From IMG/VR virus record IMGVR_UViG_2885633469_000002, positions 82,103 to 146,102 of that record: 64,000 nucleotides of DNA. One strand, given 5' to 3'. Position 1 is the first letter of the stretch. Each line of letters begins with the position of its first letter. The stretch is from a virus. Its lineage: Duplodnaviria > Caudoviricetes. The position numbers and the translations under genes were made by a program. Shown one piece after another: positions 31,150-41,996 of this stretch. The notes under the pieces are model-generated. The model did not search any database, was not told the DNA's origin, and saw only the letters and a list, made by a program, of their open reading frames with translations.

Positions 31150-31602
31150 TATTAAATAAAAATAATTTTAAAAAATAATAATGGTATACGAAAGGTAAGG
31201 GTGATAAAATGTCTGATGTAAAAGAACAATTAAAATGGGATATAGTATGTACTGGAAATGAAGTCGAAATTTCTGATATTCCTATCAAAATTAAAGAATT
31301 GTATGGTGGTTTTGGTCAAGGTCAAAAAATATTAACAGTACCACAGATTGCAAAACTCCATTGTGACAATCCGAATGATAAAAAAGATATAACTAAAAAA
31401 GTAGCAAGAATAAATGAACTAATTAATAATAATATTATTCTAGATAGTGGAGATAAATATTTTGAAGAATCGCCACGCACTCTCGTGACTTCAGTCATGA
31501 GTTAGTGGCGACATATGTTAATATAAACTTATAATAAATACACTATAAATACTTGATTTACTAATATACATATGTTATATTATATATAGAGGTGAATAAC
31601 AT

Positions 31603-32007
31603 ATGTCAGAAATGCATAAAGGCAGAGGATACGTATATTCTATAGAATACCATATAGTATGGTGTGTGAAATATAGACATAAAATATTAACTGATGAAAT
31701 AGAAAATAAATTGATAGAAATATTAAATAAAATAGCAAGTGATAATAATTTTAAAATATTAGAAATCAATGGAGATTTAGACCATATACATTTATTAATA
31801 GAATGTAGTCCTCAGCATTATATTCCGAACCTTATGAGAGCATTAAAAGGTGTTAGTGCTAGATTATTAATGAAAGAATATGGCAATGAATTAAAAAAGA
31901 AACTATGGGGAGGACATTTGTGGAATCCTAGTTATTTCGTAGCTACTGTATCAGAAAATACAGAAGAACAAATAAAACAATATATTCAAAGTCAAAAACA
32001 AAAATAG
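31603..32007 (+). CDS. tnpA: Y1 transposase
   Basis: YHIVWCVKYR, DHIH, LWNPSYF, YIQSQ. Confidence 0.95.
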   Translation: MSEMHKGRGYVYSIEYHIVWCVKYRHKILTDEIENKLIEILNKIASDNNFKILEINGDLDHIHLLIECSPQHYIPNLMRALKGVSARLLMKEYGNELKKKLWGGHLWNPSYFVATVSENTEEQIKQYIQSQKQK

Positions 32008-32015
32008 AAAGGTAG

Positions 32016-33164
32016 GTGAATTTATCTATGAATACAGTTATAAAAGGTTTCAAATATCGTATATATCCAACTGAAAAACAAGAAATACAATTAAATAAAA
32101 CATTTGGATGTGTTAGATTCGTATATAATCAAATACTAGCAAAGAAAATAGATTTATATAAGGAAGATAAAGATAATAAACAACTAAAAAATAAAACAAC
32201 TTGTAATAATTATTGTAATAGAGAACTTAAAAAAGAATATCCTTGGCTTAAAGAAGTAGATAAATTCGCTTTAACTAATTCTATTTACAATTTAGATAAT
32301 GCTTATAAGAAATTTTTCACTGAGCATATTGGATTTCCTAAGTTTAAATCAAAGAAAAATCATTATTATTCTTATATTACTAATTTTACAAATAATAATA
32401 TAAAGGTAGATTTTAATAATAATAAAATTCAATTGCCTAAATTAAAATGGATAAAGGCTAAGTTACACAGGGAATTTAAAGGTAAAATATTATTTGCAAC
32501 AGTATCTAAAACTCCTAGTGGTAAATATTTTGTTAGTTTTAATGTGGAATGTGAACATCAAGAATTAAAACAAAATAATAATAAAATAGCTATGGATTTA
32601 GGTATTAAAGATTTATTAATTACATCAAATGGTACTAAAATAGATAATAAAAAATTAACATATAAATACGAACAAAAGTTAGCAAAACTACAAAGACAAA
32701 TTGCTAAAAAGAAAATAGGTAGTCAAAATTGGAAAAAACAAAGAATAAAAATTGCTAGATTACATGAAAAAATAACTAATACTAGAAAAGATAATTTACA
32801 TAAGATTTCTCATAAAATGATTAAGGAAAACCAACTTATATTTAGTGAGAATCTTAATATTAAAGGTATGGTTAAAAATCATAATTTAGCTAAATCAATA
32901 CATGATTGTGGATGGTATGAATTAACAAGACAATTAACTTATAAATCAGAATGGAATGGACGTAAGTATCATAAAGTAGATAGATATTATCCTAGTAGTC
33001 AATTATGTAATGTATGTGGATATAAAAATGAAGATACTAAAAATCTAAATATAAGATTTTGGGAATGTCCACAATGCAATACAAAACATGATAGGGATGA
33101 AAATGCAAGTATAAATATACTTAATCAAGGATTAAAAGAATTAGAATTAGAAAAAGTTAGTTAA
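32016..33164 (+). CDS. tnpB: TnpB RNA-guided nuclease
   Basis: YRIYPT..FGCVRFVYN; MDLG, SENL, DRDENA; CNVC/CPQC Zn finger. Confidence 0.95.
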   Translation: MNLSMNTVIKGFKYRIYPTEKQEIQLNKTFGCVRFVYNQILAKKIDLYKEDKDNKQLKNKTTCNNYCNRELKKEYPWLKEVDKFALTNSIYNLDNAYKKFFTEHIGFPKFKSKKNHYYSYITNFTNNNIKVDFNNNKIQLPKLKWIKAKLHREFKGKILFATVSKTPSGKYFVSFNVECEHQELKQNNNKIAMDLGIKDLLITSNGTKIDNKKLTYKYEQKLAKLQRQIAKKKIGSQNWKKQRIKIARLHEKITNTRKDNLHKISHKMIKENQLIFSENLNIKGMVKNHNLAKSIHDCGWYELTRQLTYKSEWNGRKYHKVDRYYPSSQLCNVCGYKNEDTKNLNIRFWECPQCNTKHDRDENASINILNQGLKELELEKVS

Positions 33165-33300
33165 TATAAAACTATATAAATAAAATAGGGTAGGGACTAT
33201 CCAAATTTACGCCTGTGGAGATAGTAGGTTACGAGGTCGTAGAAACAGGAAATCCTAAAGTAATGAGGGAAGCACGTGGCTTCAGCCATGTGAGGTTCAC
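33150..33300 (+). ncRNA. putative omegaRNA (reRNA) scaffold of family A TnpB; 5' end approximate
   Basis: Position between tnpB 3' end and right end; conserved in the mini copy at 4810-4960. Confidence 0.6.
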
Positions 33301-34028
33301 TTTGGTATTGATATAATAGATTTAAAACAAGACGTTTCAAACGTGGTGTTTTCAAATCTAAAAAAAGCTAAAATTTATACACAATCACAAATAGGTAATG
33401 CTAAAAATTTATATATTTTATCTGAACAAGGCTATTCTCTATTAATAAATTTAATGAAAGATACAAAATCTAAGATTATTTATAAAAAAGTAATTAGAGA
33501 TTACTTCAGAATGAAAGAATTAATTCTAAATAAGGATGATACAGAACAATATATGCTTAGATTGTTAGGTAAAAAAGAAAGAAAGAAAACTACCGATACA
33601 ATAAAATATTTTATTGAAAAAGGTGATTTTCCTTGGCATAATCCAAAAGATGTAAAAAATAATGCTTATGCTAGAGAAACTAATTATGTATATAAATTAT
33701 TATTTGGAATGACAGCAAAAAAGATAGAAGATTTTTTAGGATTAAAATTAAAATCCTATGATACAGTTAGAAATTATTTATCAGTACAAGATATCGATGA
33801 TATAAGAGATATTGAAGGTAGAGTTGGATATATGCAACAAGATGGTAAAAGTTATCAAGAAATTCATAAAAGATTAAAAGAATTATATCCAATTCCTAGA
33901 CGTCCTAAAATGGCAGATAAGAATATTTCAATTATAAGAAGATTGATGCTAGAACAATAGAGTTATTGGGTATAATTAAATTTATACCTAATAATATAAA
34001 ACAATCTAATAATTAAGGAGGATATAAA

Positions 34029-34250
34029 ATGGAAATTTTATCACAAGAGTATAATAGTAAAAAAAATACTAAAAGTAATAAAACCCGTTTAAAAGTCACT
34101 ATTTTAGGAAAGACTTGGATCGTTAAAAAAGAAGCTTACAATAGATGGAATAGGTTTATTAAACTTAAAAATTTCCTTAATTCAATTTCAGATGCTGTGA
34201 GTGTAATTTTCATAATTGTAACTGGATATGTATTATTGCTTTTGTTATAA
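34029..34250 (+). CDS. hypothetical protein with C-terminal TM segment
   Basis: AAGGAGG RBS. Confidence 0.6.
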   Translation: MEILSQEYNSKKNTKSNKTRLKVTILGKTWIVKKEAYNRWNRFIKLKNFLNSISDAVSVIFIIVTGYVLLLLL

Positions 34251-34388
34251 AAAAAATTGTAGATTGGAGTTAAAAGATGCTATATTTAATATTGTTTTTA
34301 ATATTATCAATTGGTATTTATTTAGGGACTTCTATTTGCTACTATCTTTGTGTTTATAATAGCATTATCCACAAAATTATAAATTATT

Positions 34389-34421
34389 GTCAACTGCCAA
34401 CTACCCTAAATGGTAGTGGCT
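34389..34421 (+). mobile_element. isolated IS200/IS605-type end hairpin
   Basis: GTCAACTGCCAACTACCC..GGTAGTGGCTT, repeated at 46130. Confidence 0.55.
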
Positions 34422-34776
34422 TTCTAGCTAGAACTTTGTAAAATAAAACAAGAAGTGCAAAGTTTACATAGTTTTCAGCAACGGTGTTTAAATGAATAAA
34501 AAATTTAAGTTAAAACAATTTAATATCAAAACAAATCTCTATAACAGAAAAAATCCTGTAACTGTGGGCAAAGAAATAAAAATTATATTTCATGATGCTA
34601 TAGTTTTTTCAGGGCAAATTACAGAAAAGAATATAGATAAGATACAGAAAATGATAGGTTATTCAGATAATTATATCATAAAATAATTTATTAATATTAA
34701 TCAATATAACAGCCACAGTTATAAAACTGTGGTGATGACATAAATTAATAATAAATCAAACCGTTGCGTTTAAAAC

Positions 34777-35715
34777 GTGATGGTAAAATCAAAAATAAAG
34801 AAAGAGGGAATGTGTTTTATGAGAAATGAAGAGATAATGGAAAGAAAAGATTTAAGAGAAAAATTAATAGAAAATGTGGAGGTATTAGATAAAGTTAAGA
34901 AGGTGATGTTATTGCCTTATGGAAAATGCATGACTATGCAGATGGTTGCTGATTATTTTGAAGTGGGTGAGAAAGCTATTAATTCTTTAATGCTTAGAAA
35001 TAAAGATGAATTATTAGCTAATGGGTTAAAAATTTTAAAAGGTAAAGAATTAAAAGATTTTAAAGGTAAACTTCAGGATGAAGTTACCCTTGAAAAATTA
35101 AAGTTCACCTCACAATTAGCTATATTTATTCGTAGAACTATATTAAATATAGCTATGTTGTTAACTGAAAGTGATGTAGCAAAAGAAATAAGAACAAGAC
35201 TATTAGATATATCAGAAAATGAACAAATAATTAAAAATATTACAAATGAAATAGATGAAGAAAAGCAATTAATGTTGAATATAATGATGGCTAAAGATGA
35301 TATGGAACAGGCTATGGCAGTAAATAAATTAAAACAATATAAGGATGAGAAAGAAAAGAAGATTAAAGAAGAAAGAGATAGAGCAGTTAAAAAAGTAATT
35401 AATTTAACTGATTCAGATGCAACATTCGGATTAAGAGAAGCTAAAAATAATCTTGGTGTAAAAGAAAAGCAGTTCAAAAACTGGTTAATACATAATAAAT
35501 ATATGTATAGGCAGATAAAAACAAGTGATAAGAAAAATAAGCCTACTGGTAGGTTAAAAGCATTTTCAAAATACACACAAGAAGATACTAGATATTTTAC
35601 GGATATAAAAATTGTAGATAGAATAGGTAGAGAATTCAGCCAAACAGTCTTCACAATAGAAGGAATAGAATTTTTTAGAACTAAAATAGATGAAATAAAT
35701 AAATTTAATAAATAA
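34777..35715 (+). CDS. antirepressor-like protein with C-terminal ANT/KilAC-like domain
   Basis: MVADYFEV..NIAMLLTESDVAKEIR; LGVKEKQFKNWL..TVFTIEGIEF. Confidence 0.7.
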   Translation: MMVKSKIKKEGMCFMRNEEIMERKDLREKLIENVEVLDKVKKVMLLPYGKCMTMQMVADYFEVGEKAINSLMLRNKDELLANGLKILKGKELKDFKGKLQDEVTLEKLKFTSQLAIFIRRTILNIAMLLTESDVAKEIRTRLLDISENEQIIKNITNEIDEEKQLMLNIMMAKDDMEQAMAVNKLKQYKDEKEKKIKEERDRAVKKVINLTDSDATFGLREAKNNLGVKEKQFKNWLIHNKYMYRQIKTSDKKNKPTGRLKAFSKYTQEDTRYFTDIKIVDRIGREFSQTVFTIEGIEFFRTKIDEINKFNK

Positions 35716-36047
35716 AAGTTTTTACTTTATATACATAAAACAATTTAATATAAATACATATATTTGTGAAAAAACTGAAACTTATAATATTTTATGGTAT
35801 AATTGGAATATAATAATATTCATCAAATGAGGAGCTGATTTATATTGCAAAAAGTAATAGATATTATTACAAAAATGATTAAATCATCAAAAATAGTTGC
35901 TATAATAATTTTATTATTTACAAAACATGTGCGAAAAGCCCACTCCTTCAGGTGTGGGATGGATAGCACAAGATAATATAAAAAATAATTTAAATAAAAA
36001 TGTATAAAGGTATTGACTACATACACAAATAATAATATAATAAAAAT

Positions 36048-36449
36048 ATGGAAAATAATTATAGAAAAACAAAAACAACAGTAAGTTTAATTAATTATCA
36101 TTTTGTATTTTGTCCTAGATATAGAAGAAAAATATTTAATATTCCTAATGTAGAAGAAAGATTTAAGCATATAGTCAAATATGTATGTAAGGAGTTGGAT
36201 ATTGAAATAATAGCCATTGAGTGTGATAAAGACCATACGTATATGTTTTTAAATTGTTTACCTACATTAAGTCCTTCAGATATTATGCAAAAGATAAAAG
36301 GTGTGACAAGTAGAGTTTTAAGAGATGAATTTCAAGAATTATCAAAAATGCCTAGTTTGTGGACTAGAAGTTATTTTGTTTCAACTGCTGGAAATGTATG
36401 TAGTGAAACAATAAAGAAATATGTAGAAAATCAAAAAAAGAGATATTAG
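36048..36449 (+). CDS. tnpA: Y1 transposase with altered HUH motif
   Basis: DHTY in place of DHTH. Confidence 0.9.
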   Translation: MENNYRKTKTTVSLINYHFVFCPRYRRKIFNIPNVEERFKHIVKYVCKELDIEIIAIECDKDHTYMFLNCLPTLSPSDIMQKIKGVTSRVLRDEFQELSKMPSLWTRSYFVSTAGNVCSETIKKYVENQKKRY

Positions 36450-36467
36450 AAAGTGAGGTGAATATTC

Positions 36468-37985
36468 ATGAGTAAAACTCCTAAACAAAGATATGTTTTA
36501 AATTTAAAGTTAAAAACTCAATTATTTCAAGAAGATATATTAGATAAGCGTTTTGATATAGGAAGAAAAATATATAATGCTGTTTTAGGTCAAGCTTTAA
36601 AGAGATATAGAGAAATGATTAAAACTAAAAGATGGAGAGAAAATCAAAATAATATATTAAATGTATACAAAGTTCACAAAGATGGTAAAGAAAGAAATAA
36701 ACTTTACAAACCATATTTTAATATTAAAAACGATATGTTGAAAGAATTTAGATTAAATGAATATTCACTTCATACAGATGTTAAACCAATACAAAGACAT
36801 TTTAAAAAGAATATAGATAGTTTCAGTGCCCAAAAGATAGCAAGTAGAGTTTGGATTTCCTTGAATGATAATTTATTTGGAAAAGGCGAAGAAGTACATT
36901 TTAAAGGTATAAACAAACCATTGAATTCCTTGGAAGGTAAATCTAATGGTACTGGTATTAGATATAATATAGAAACTAATATGTTCTCATGGAATGGGTT
37001 AGAAATACCAGTTAAATTAGATATTAATAATAAATATGAAACAGATGCTTTAAGAGATAAAATTTGTTTTTGTAGAATTAAAAGAAAATTTGTTCGTGGA
37101 AAATACAAATACATTTTACAATTAATATTAGAAGGTATTCCACCTATTAAAATTAATAAGCAAGGTGAAGTTAAGAATGATATAGGTTTAGGCGTTTGTG
37201 GTATTGATATTGGCACTCAAACAGTTGCTTATATATCTGATTATGATTGTAAATTATTAGAATTAGTACCTAGAGTTCAAAATATAGAAAATGAAAAAAG
37301 AAAAATATTAAGATATATGGATAGAAGTAAAAGAGCAACTAATCCTAATAATTTTAATGAAAATGGTACTATCAAACGTGGTATTAAATTGGAGTGGAAT
37401 TATTCAAAGAGGTATATAAAAGCAAAGAATATCCTTAAAGATTTATATAGAAAACAAGCAGATGTAAGAGAACAAGACCATAATATAATGATTAATGAAA
37501 TACTAAGAAATTGTGATACTGTTTATGTAGAAGATATGAACTATAAGGGATTACAAAAACGTAGCAAAATCACAGAAAAGAATGATAAGGGTAAATTTAA
37601 AAGGAAGAAAAGATTTGGTAAATCATTAGCAAATAAAGCACCAAGTATGTTTTTAACTATATTGAAAAATAAATTAAAAGCTAAAGGTGGATTGTATTAT
37701 GAGATAAATACTAGAGAAGTGAAAGCATCTCAATATAATCATTTAAATCAAGAATATAATAAAAAGAAATTAAGTCAAAGATGGAATTATTTTAAATATA
37801 ATGAAGAACAAATTAAAGTTCAAAGAGATTTATATTCTAGTTATTTAATTAAAAATGTAAATAATGATTTAAAAAGCATTAATAATGAATTATGTATAAA
37901 AGATTTTGATAGATTTTTAGAATTGCATAATAAAGAAATATTAAGACTACAAGGATTAAAGAATCTAAGTAGTATGGGTATATAA
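36468..37985 (+). CDS. tnpB: TnpB RNA-guided nuclease, long form
   Basis: Near-identical to 23212-24729; RuvC D/E/D intact. Confidence 0.85.
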   Translation: MSKTPKQRYVLNLKLKTQLFQEDILDKRFDIGRKIYNAVLGQALKRYREMIKTKRWRENQNNILNVYKVHKDGKERNKLYKPYFNIKNDMLKEFRLNEYSLHTDVKPIQRHFKKNIDSFSAQKIASRVWISLNDNLFGKGEEVHFKGINKPLNSLEGKSNGTGIRYNIETNMFSWNGLEIPVKLDINNKYETDALRDKICFCRIKRKFVRGKYKYILQLILEGIPPIKINKQGEVKNDIGLGVCGIDIGTQTVAYISDYDCKLLELVPRVQNIENEKRKILRYMDRSKRATNPNNFNENGTIKRGIKLEWNYSKRYIKAKNILKDLYRKQADVREQDHNIMINEILRNCDTVYVEDMNYKGLQKRSKITEKNDKGKFKRKKRFGKSLANKAPSMFLTILKNKLKAKGGLYYEINTREVKASQYNHLNQEYNKKKLSQRWNYFKYNEEQIKVQRDLYSSYLIKNVNNDLKSINNELCIKDFDRFLELHNKEILRLQGLKNLSSMGI

Positions 37986-38431
37986 GTTATTAAAACGCCT
38001 TGAAATGGGCGTTATACTATTGTTAATAAATTGGTAGCAATTTTTGATAGTGAAAGTTTTAGGGAAAATAATTAGTGATATTATACTTTCGAGATAATAT
38101 AGAAATTATTTAGTACCTAAGAACCCCATGCCTTTAGGCTTGGGAGTTTCAGAGGAACCAGAATTAAGTTCATTGACAAATAAAAATATTGATACAGTAT
38201 CGTACTTTTAAGAGCGATAATTTAGGTTGTCGCTCTATTTATTAAAATTTGTATTAAAAAGATAGTTTTATAAAAATATTCCATTTATCTATTGACATAT
38301 ATAAAATAATTTCATAAACGAAAAATATGGAGAAAATGTGCTAAAGGTAATTGAATATTTTATTTAATGCTTGACAATCATAAAACAATTTGATAAAATT
38401 AAATTGTAATCAAGAGGATATATAAAAGGAG

Positions 38432-38626
38432 ATGTTAAAAATGACTTATGCGTATATAGTAATATACAATAATTCGGTAAGTACAACAGGATTTTTCACA
38501 GTAGATAAAGCTATAAATTTCATAGAAGGCAGATATGGCAATCCAATACAAAATAAAGACAGAGGTTGGCTATGGACTAATTCAAAAGGCAATGAATACA
38601 GGATTAAGGAAATTAAAATAGAATAA
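38432..38626 (+). CDS. hypothetical protein
   Basis: TTGACA promoter with operator-like motif; AAGGAG RBS. Confidence 0.6.
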   Translation: MLKMTYAYIVIYNNSVSTTGFFTVDKAINFIEGRYGNPIQNKDRGWLWTNSKGNEYRIKEIKIE

Positions 38627-38670
38627 AGGGTACTAGCTTAGGCTAGTATTCCTTTATAGGAGGTTTAATA

Positions 38671-39060
38671 ATGGAAAATAAATGTTTTAATTGTAGATTT
38701 TATAATAACGGAAAATGTTATAATAAAGATTTTAGAGGAAGTTTCAATCAAAATGTTATAGAAGATAACTTTGTAGCATTAACCGAATCAGGTGTTCTTG
38801 CAGAACATATAAGAGAAAATGATGATAAGATATATAATTTAGCAAATATAATATTAGAAAACTTAAATGAATTAGAATACATAAAAAAATCTAAAAAGAA
38901 AATTAATAACTATAGAGGTATAGATAGTTATGAAGAATTTTTAATTAATTCTACAGAGATTATGGATGATTTAATAAGTAGTTTTGTAATACCTAAATTA
39001 ATAAATGTAAAAATAAATTATAATGTTGATAATGAATTCTGTTGTAAATTTTGGAAATAG
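38671..39060 (+). CDS. hypothetical protein with terminal Cys motifs
   Basis: CFNC..C at the N-terminus, FCCKFW at the C-terminus. Confidence 0.65.
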   Translation: MENKCFNCRFYNNGKCYNKDFRGSFNQNVIEDNFVALTESGVLAEHIRENDDKIYNLANIILENLNELEYIKKSKKKINNYRGIDSYEEFLINSTEIMDDLISSFVIPKLINVKINYNVDNEFCCKFWK

Positions 39061-39575
39061 AAATTATAATTAAAATGAAAGGAAGATGTAAAATGGAAAA
39101 TATTCAACAAATAAATAAAGGTGAAATTAAGTTTATCTATATTGACGTAGATGATATAACAGACGAAATAGAACAATTAATTAATAAAGGTTTGATAAAA
39201 TATGTTTATGGAGAAGAAGCTTGTGAGCCTGAATTTATATTTCTAGCTAAAAATGAAGATGTTATAAAAAATACTTTAACATCAGATTATAGAATTTTAA
39301 ATATTGTTGATAAATTATCTGAAATGTTTGATGGTGCAGATATGTCAGTAAGAAATTCAGGGAGAAATGAATTATCTATTTATCATGGAACAGTAGAAAG
39401 CTTAATAAGTGATGATTTGTACGGATATATTTCAGAGGATAAACAAAAGGAAATATTCTATGCTAAGAATCCATCAGAAAAGATTACAGAAATTTTTAAT
39501 AAAATAGGAAGAGAACAATTAAAAATGCAAATAAAAGAATTATTAAAAGAAGTAGATAATGCAGAGTTTATATGA
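39051..39575 (+). CDS. hypothetical protein
   Basis: Probable start at 39093 after GAAAGGAAG. Confidence 0.6.
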   Translation: MEIEIIIKMKGRCKMENIQQINKGEIKFIYIDVDDITDEIEQLINKGLIKYVYGEEACEPEFIFLAKNEDVIKNTLTSDYRILNIVDKLSEMFDGADMSVRNSGRNELSIYHGTVESLISDDLYGYISEDKQKEIFYAKNPSEKITEIFNKIGREQLKMQIKELLKEVDNAEFI

Positions 39576-39713
39576 CTGTAGAATAAGTATAACAGCCATA
39601 AAATCATAAGTGTGGTTGTTATACTATATATTTTAATAAATGAGGGTTTTTATTATAACTTAAAATAATTTAATGCATAATAAACACTTTAAAATAAATG
39701 GGGGATTGATAAA

Positions 39714-40511
39714 ATGATAAGTGATGAAAGTTTAATGGTATTAGTGGAAAGTTTGGTCGCAGACGGGGATTCTGATAAGGAAACTATAAATATTTATTTA
39801 ATAGATAAAACAAAAACTATTAGTGATTTTGCGAAAGAATTAAATGAAGAATTTAAAGATTCATTGTTTAATATATTATATATTGGTAATAAAAACACTG
39901 AATTTATAAATAAATTTAGTAAAGAATATATAGATAGTAGATTCAAATATTTGATAGATTTTTATAAAAACAATAAATACATATATAAACAATATAGTGA
40001 ATGCAAAGTATTAGAGAAATACGATGAGCAAGGGAATTTTTATAATTTTTTTAAGAAAATTGATAAAATATATAAGATTAAAAATAAATTCACTATAGAT
40101 GAAATGATAAAAAACAAAGAGTGTTTTTTTAAAACATGCTATATAGACTATAAAATTTGTAATGGAAATCATAGTTATTGGAATGATAGTGAAAGTGAAT
40201 ATGCAAATATTAATAGTTTTGAAGGTTTTTCTATGAATTTAGTTGGTCGTATTTTTGAATCTAAATTCGAAGAGAATAAAGAAAATTACAAAGACTATTG
40301 TAAAAAAGAGATTGAGAGTATATTAGAGGCATATTTACAAAAGAACATATATAATAAAGATACTTTTATAGAATTTAATAGATGGGGAAATATAAAAATA
40401 GAATTAGGATTTTCTTGTAATAATGATGAAGATAGTATTATTTCATTATTAGAAAGAAGTATTATTGAAAACAATATTGAGAATGATTTTGAGAGTTTAT
40501 TAGATTATTAA
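39714..40511 (+). CDS. hypothetical protein
   Basis: Long ORF followed by hairpin AAATTGCCTATAGAA/TTCTATAGGCAATTT. Confidence 0.65.
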   Translation: MISDESLMVLVESLVADGDSDKETINIYLIDKTKTISDFAKELNEEFKDSLFNILYIGNKNTEFINKFSKEYIDSRFKYLIDFYKNNKYIYKQYSECKVLEKYDEQGNFYNFFKKIDKIYKIKNKFTIDEMIKNKECFFKTCYIDYKICNGNHSYWNDSESEYANINSFEGFSMNLVGRIFESKFEENKENYKDYCKKEIESILEAYLQKNIYNKDTFIEFNRWGNIKIELGFSCNNDEDSIISLLERSIIENNIENDFESLLDY

Positions 40512-40807
40512 TTTCAATTAGTTAAATTGCCTATAGAATACTTAGTTAATTACACTATATTTCTATAGGCAATTTGTATAAATTCCTTCTTTTATCTTAT
40601 TTTGACCACAATATATATACATTTTAAAACACCAAACCACAACATATAGTATAATTTAAGATTAATATAAAATAATTTAAAATTAATTATAAAAAGTATT
40701 GACATTATACTTATAGTATAATATACTATAGTTAATAAACAAATTAAAAATAATTTTAAAAAATAAATGGGGTTGAAAATAAATAAAATGGAAAGGAAGA
40801 ATAATAA

Positions 40808-41407
40808 ATGATAAAAAGAGGATATGTTATAGAAGTAAATTTTGGAGAAAGGTTAACAGGCGTACAAGGAGGAATAAGACCTTGTATTGTTGTTGCAAAC
40901 AACTTGTGTAACAAATATAGTCCAGCCATACATGTTGTTCCACTTACATCCAAGTTGAACAAAAAAAGAATGATAACTCATATCTTTATAAAGAAAGATA
41001 TGTTTAATAATTTAAAATATGATTCTCTTATTTTAACAGAACAGGTTACTCTAATTAGTACAAAGCAAATAATTGGCTACATAGGAAGAGCTTCAGGAGA
41101 AATTATGGAACAAGTAGATTCCAAACTTATAATACAGTTAGCTTTAGATAGTAACTCCAGACCATCAAATATATTAAATATTAACAAACCAGATGTAAAA
41201 AGAATAAAAAGAATGGCTGAAGCTATAAAAGAATTGGAATCTTATATTATAAGTCAAAAATACCAAAAAATAGATTTATTAAATTCTTTAAATTTACAGA
41301 TAAATAATTTTAAAGATTATTGTACAGAGTATAATATAGATTATTCAAAGTATTATATTTCAAAAATAAAAGAAATTAACAATTACTTGAATAAAACAGC
41401 AGCTTAA
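40808..41407 (+). CDS. PemK/MazF-family endoribonuclease with C-terminal extension
   Basis: IKRGYV..QGGIRPCIVVANN..VVPLTS..EQV; about 85 extra C-terminal residues. Confidence 0.85.
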   Translation: MIKRGYVIEVNFGERLTGVQGGIRPCIVVANNLCNKYSPAIHVVPLTSKLNKKRMITHIFIKKDMFNNLKYDSLILTEQVTLISTKQIIGYIGRASGEIMEQVDSKLIIQLALDSNSRPSNILNINKPDVKRIKRMAEAIKELESYIISQKYQKIDLLNSLNLQINNFKDYCTEYNIDYSKYYISKIKEINNYLNKTAA

Positions 41408-41425
41408 ATAACTAAAGAGGGGGAT

Positions 41426-41950
41426 ATGTCTTTTATGGATTACACGTTTTTAAAAATTAATATACGGAACTTATATAATAAGTGTAATTATGCAAAGTGT
41501 AATTTAATTCTAAAAAACCTACTAGTATGTATATTACAAGATATGCTATTAGATGGGTATGAACGAAATAGTTTAATTTGGTTTTATTATTTTTATAAAT
41601 CAAACATAGAAAAAAGAAATGGCAATTATAAAGACTCATTATTATTATGTAATAAGAGTCTTGAGTTTGTAGAGGAAGATGAAAAAGATTGTTATAATTA
41701 TAAATACCTATCTTCGTTATTTTTATTGGGTAAAATCCATGAAGATAAGGGTTCTATTTCTAAATCAATTAAACAATACGAAAAAATTTTAAGTATATTA
41801 AACAACAAAAAACATAAAGAAAAAATGTTACTATTATATTTGATTAATAAATTAAGTAACAATTCAAGATTTAAAGAAATAGAAGCCAATTACAATAAAA
41901 TATTTAAAAATAGCATACAGGAAAGTTTGAATTTTTATTGCTATTTTTAA
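41426..41950 (+). CDS. TPR-like helical protein
   Basis: GNYKDSLLLCNKSLE and LGKIHEDKGSISKSIKQYEK repeats. Confidence 0.6.
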   Translation: MSFMDYTFLKINIRNLYNKCNYAKCNLILKNLLVCILQDMLLDGYERNSLIWFYYFYKSNIEKRNGNYKDSLLLCNKSLEFVEEDEKDCYNYKYLSSLFLLGKIHEDKGSISKSIKQYEKILSILNNKKHKEKMLLLYLINKLSNNSRFKEIEANYNKIFKNSIQESLNFYCYF

Positions 41951-41996
41951 ATATTAGTTGTAAAATAAATTTATACTAAACAAGGAGTTGTTTTAA

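Larger units (their letters stand above)
31467..33300 (+). mobile_element. IS605-type element, family A (target TTGAA)
   Basis: TTGAA|GAATCGCC..TTCAC ends defined by three copies and by frame restoration of the host gene. Confidence 0.92.
31209..33960 (+). pseudogene. ORF6N-domain antirepressor split by IS605 element
   Basis: Joining 31209-31466 to 33301-33960 gives an open 305-aa frame ..INELINNN..KYFE|FGIDIIDLK..LYILSEQGY. Confidence 0.85.
35929..38152 (+). mobile_element. IS200/IS605 element, family B copy 2 (ends approximate)
   Basis: Near-duplicate of 22673-24897. Confidence 0.9.

Noticed and set aside
35845-38210. AgrD- or AimP-like signalling peptide split by IS copy 2 (..IILLFTKH|EEPEL..)
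   Set aside because: The junction frame is ambiguous and there is no ring cysteine motif or adjacent receptor gene.
41426-41950. AimR/RRNPP receptor
   Set aside because: Too short, no HTH, and no downstream signal-peptide gene; kept only as TPR-like.
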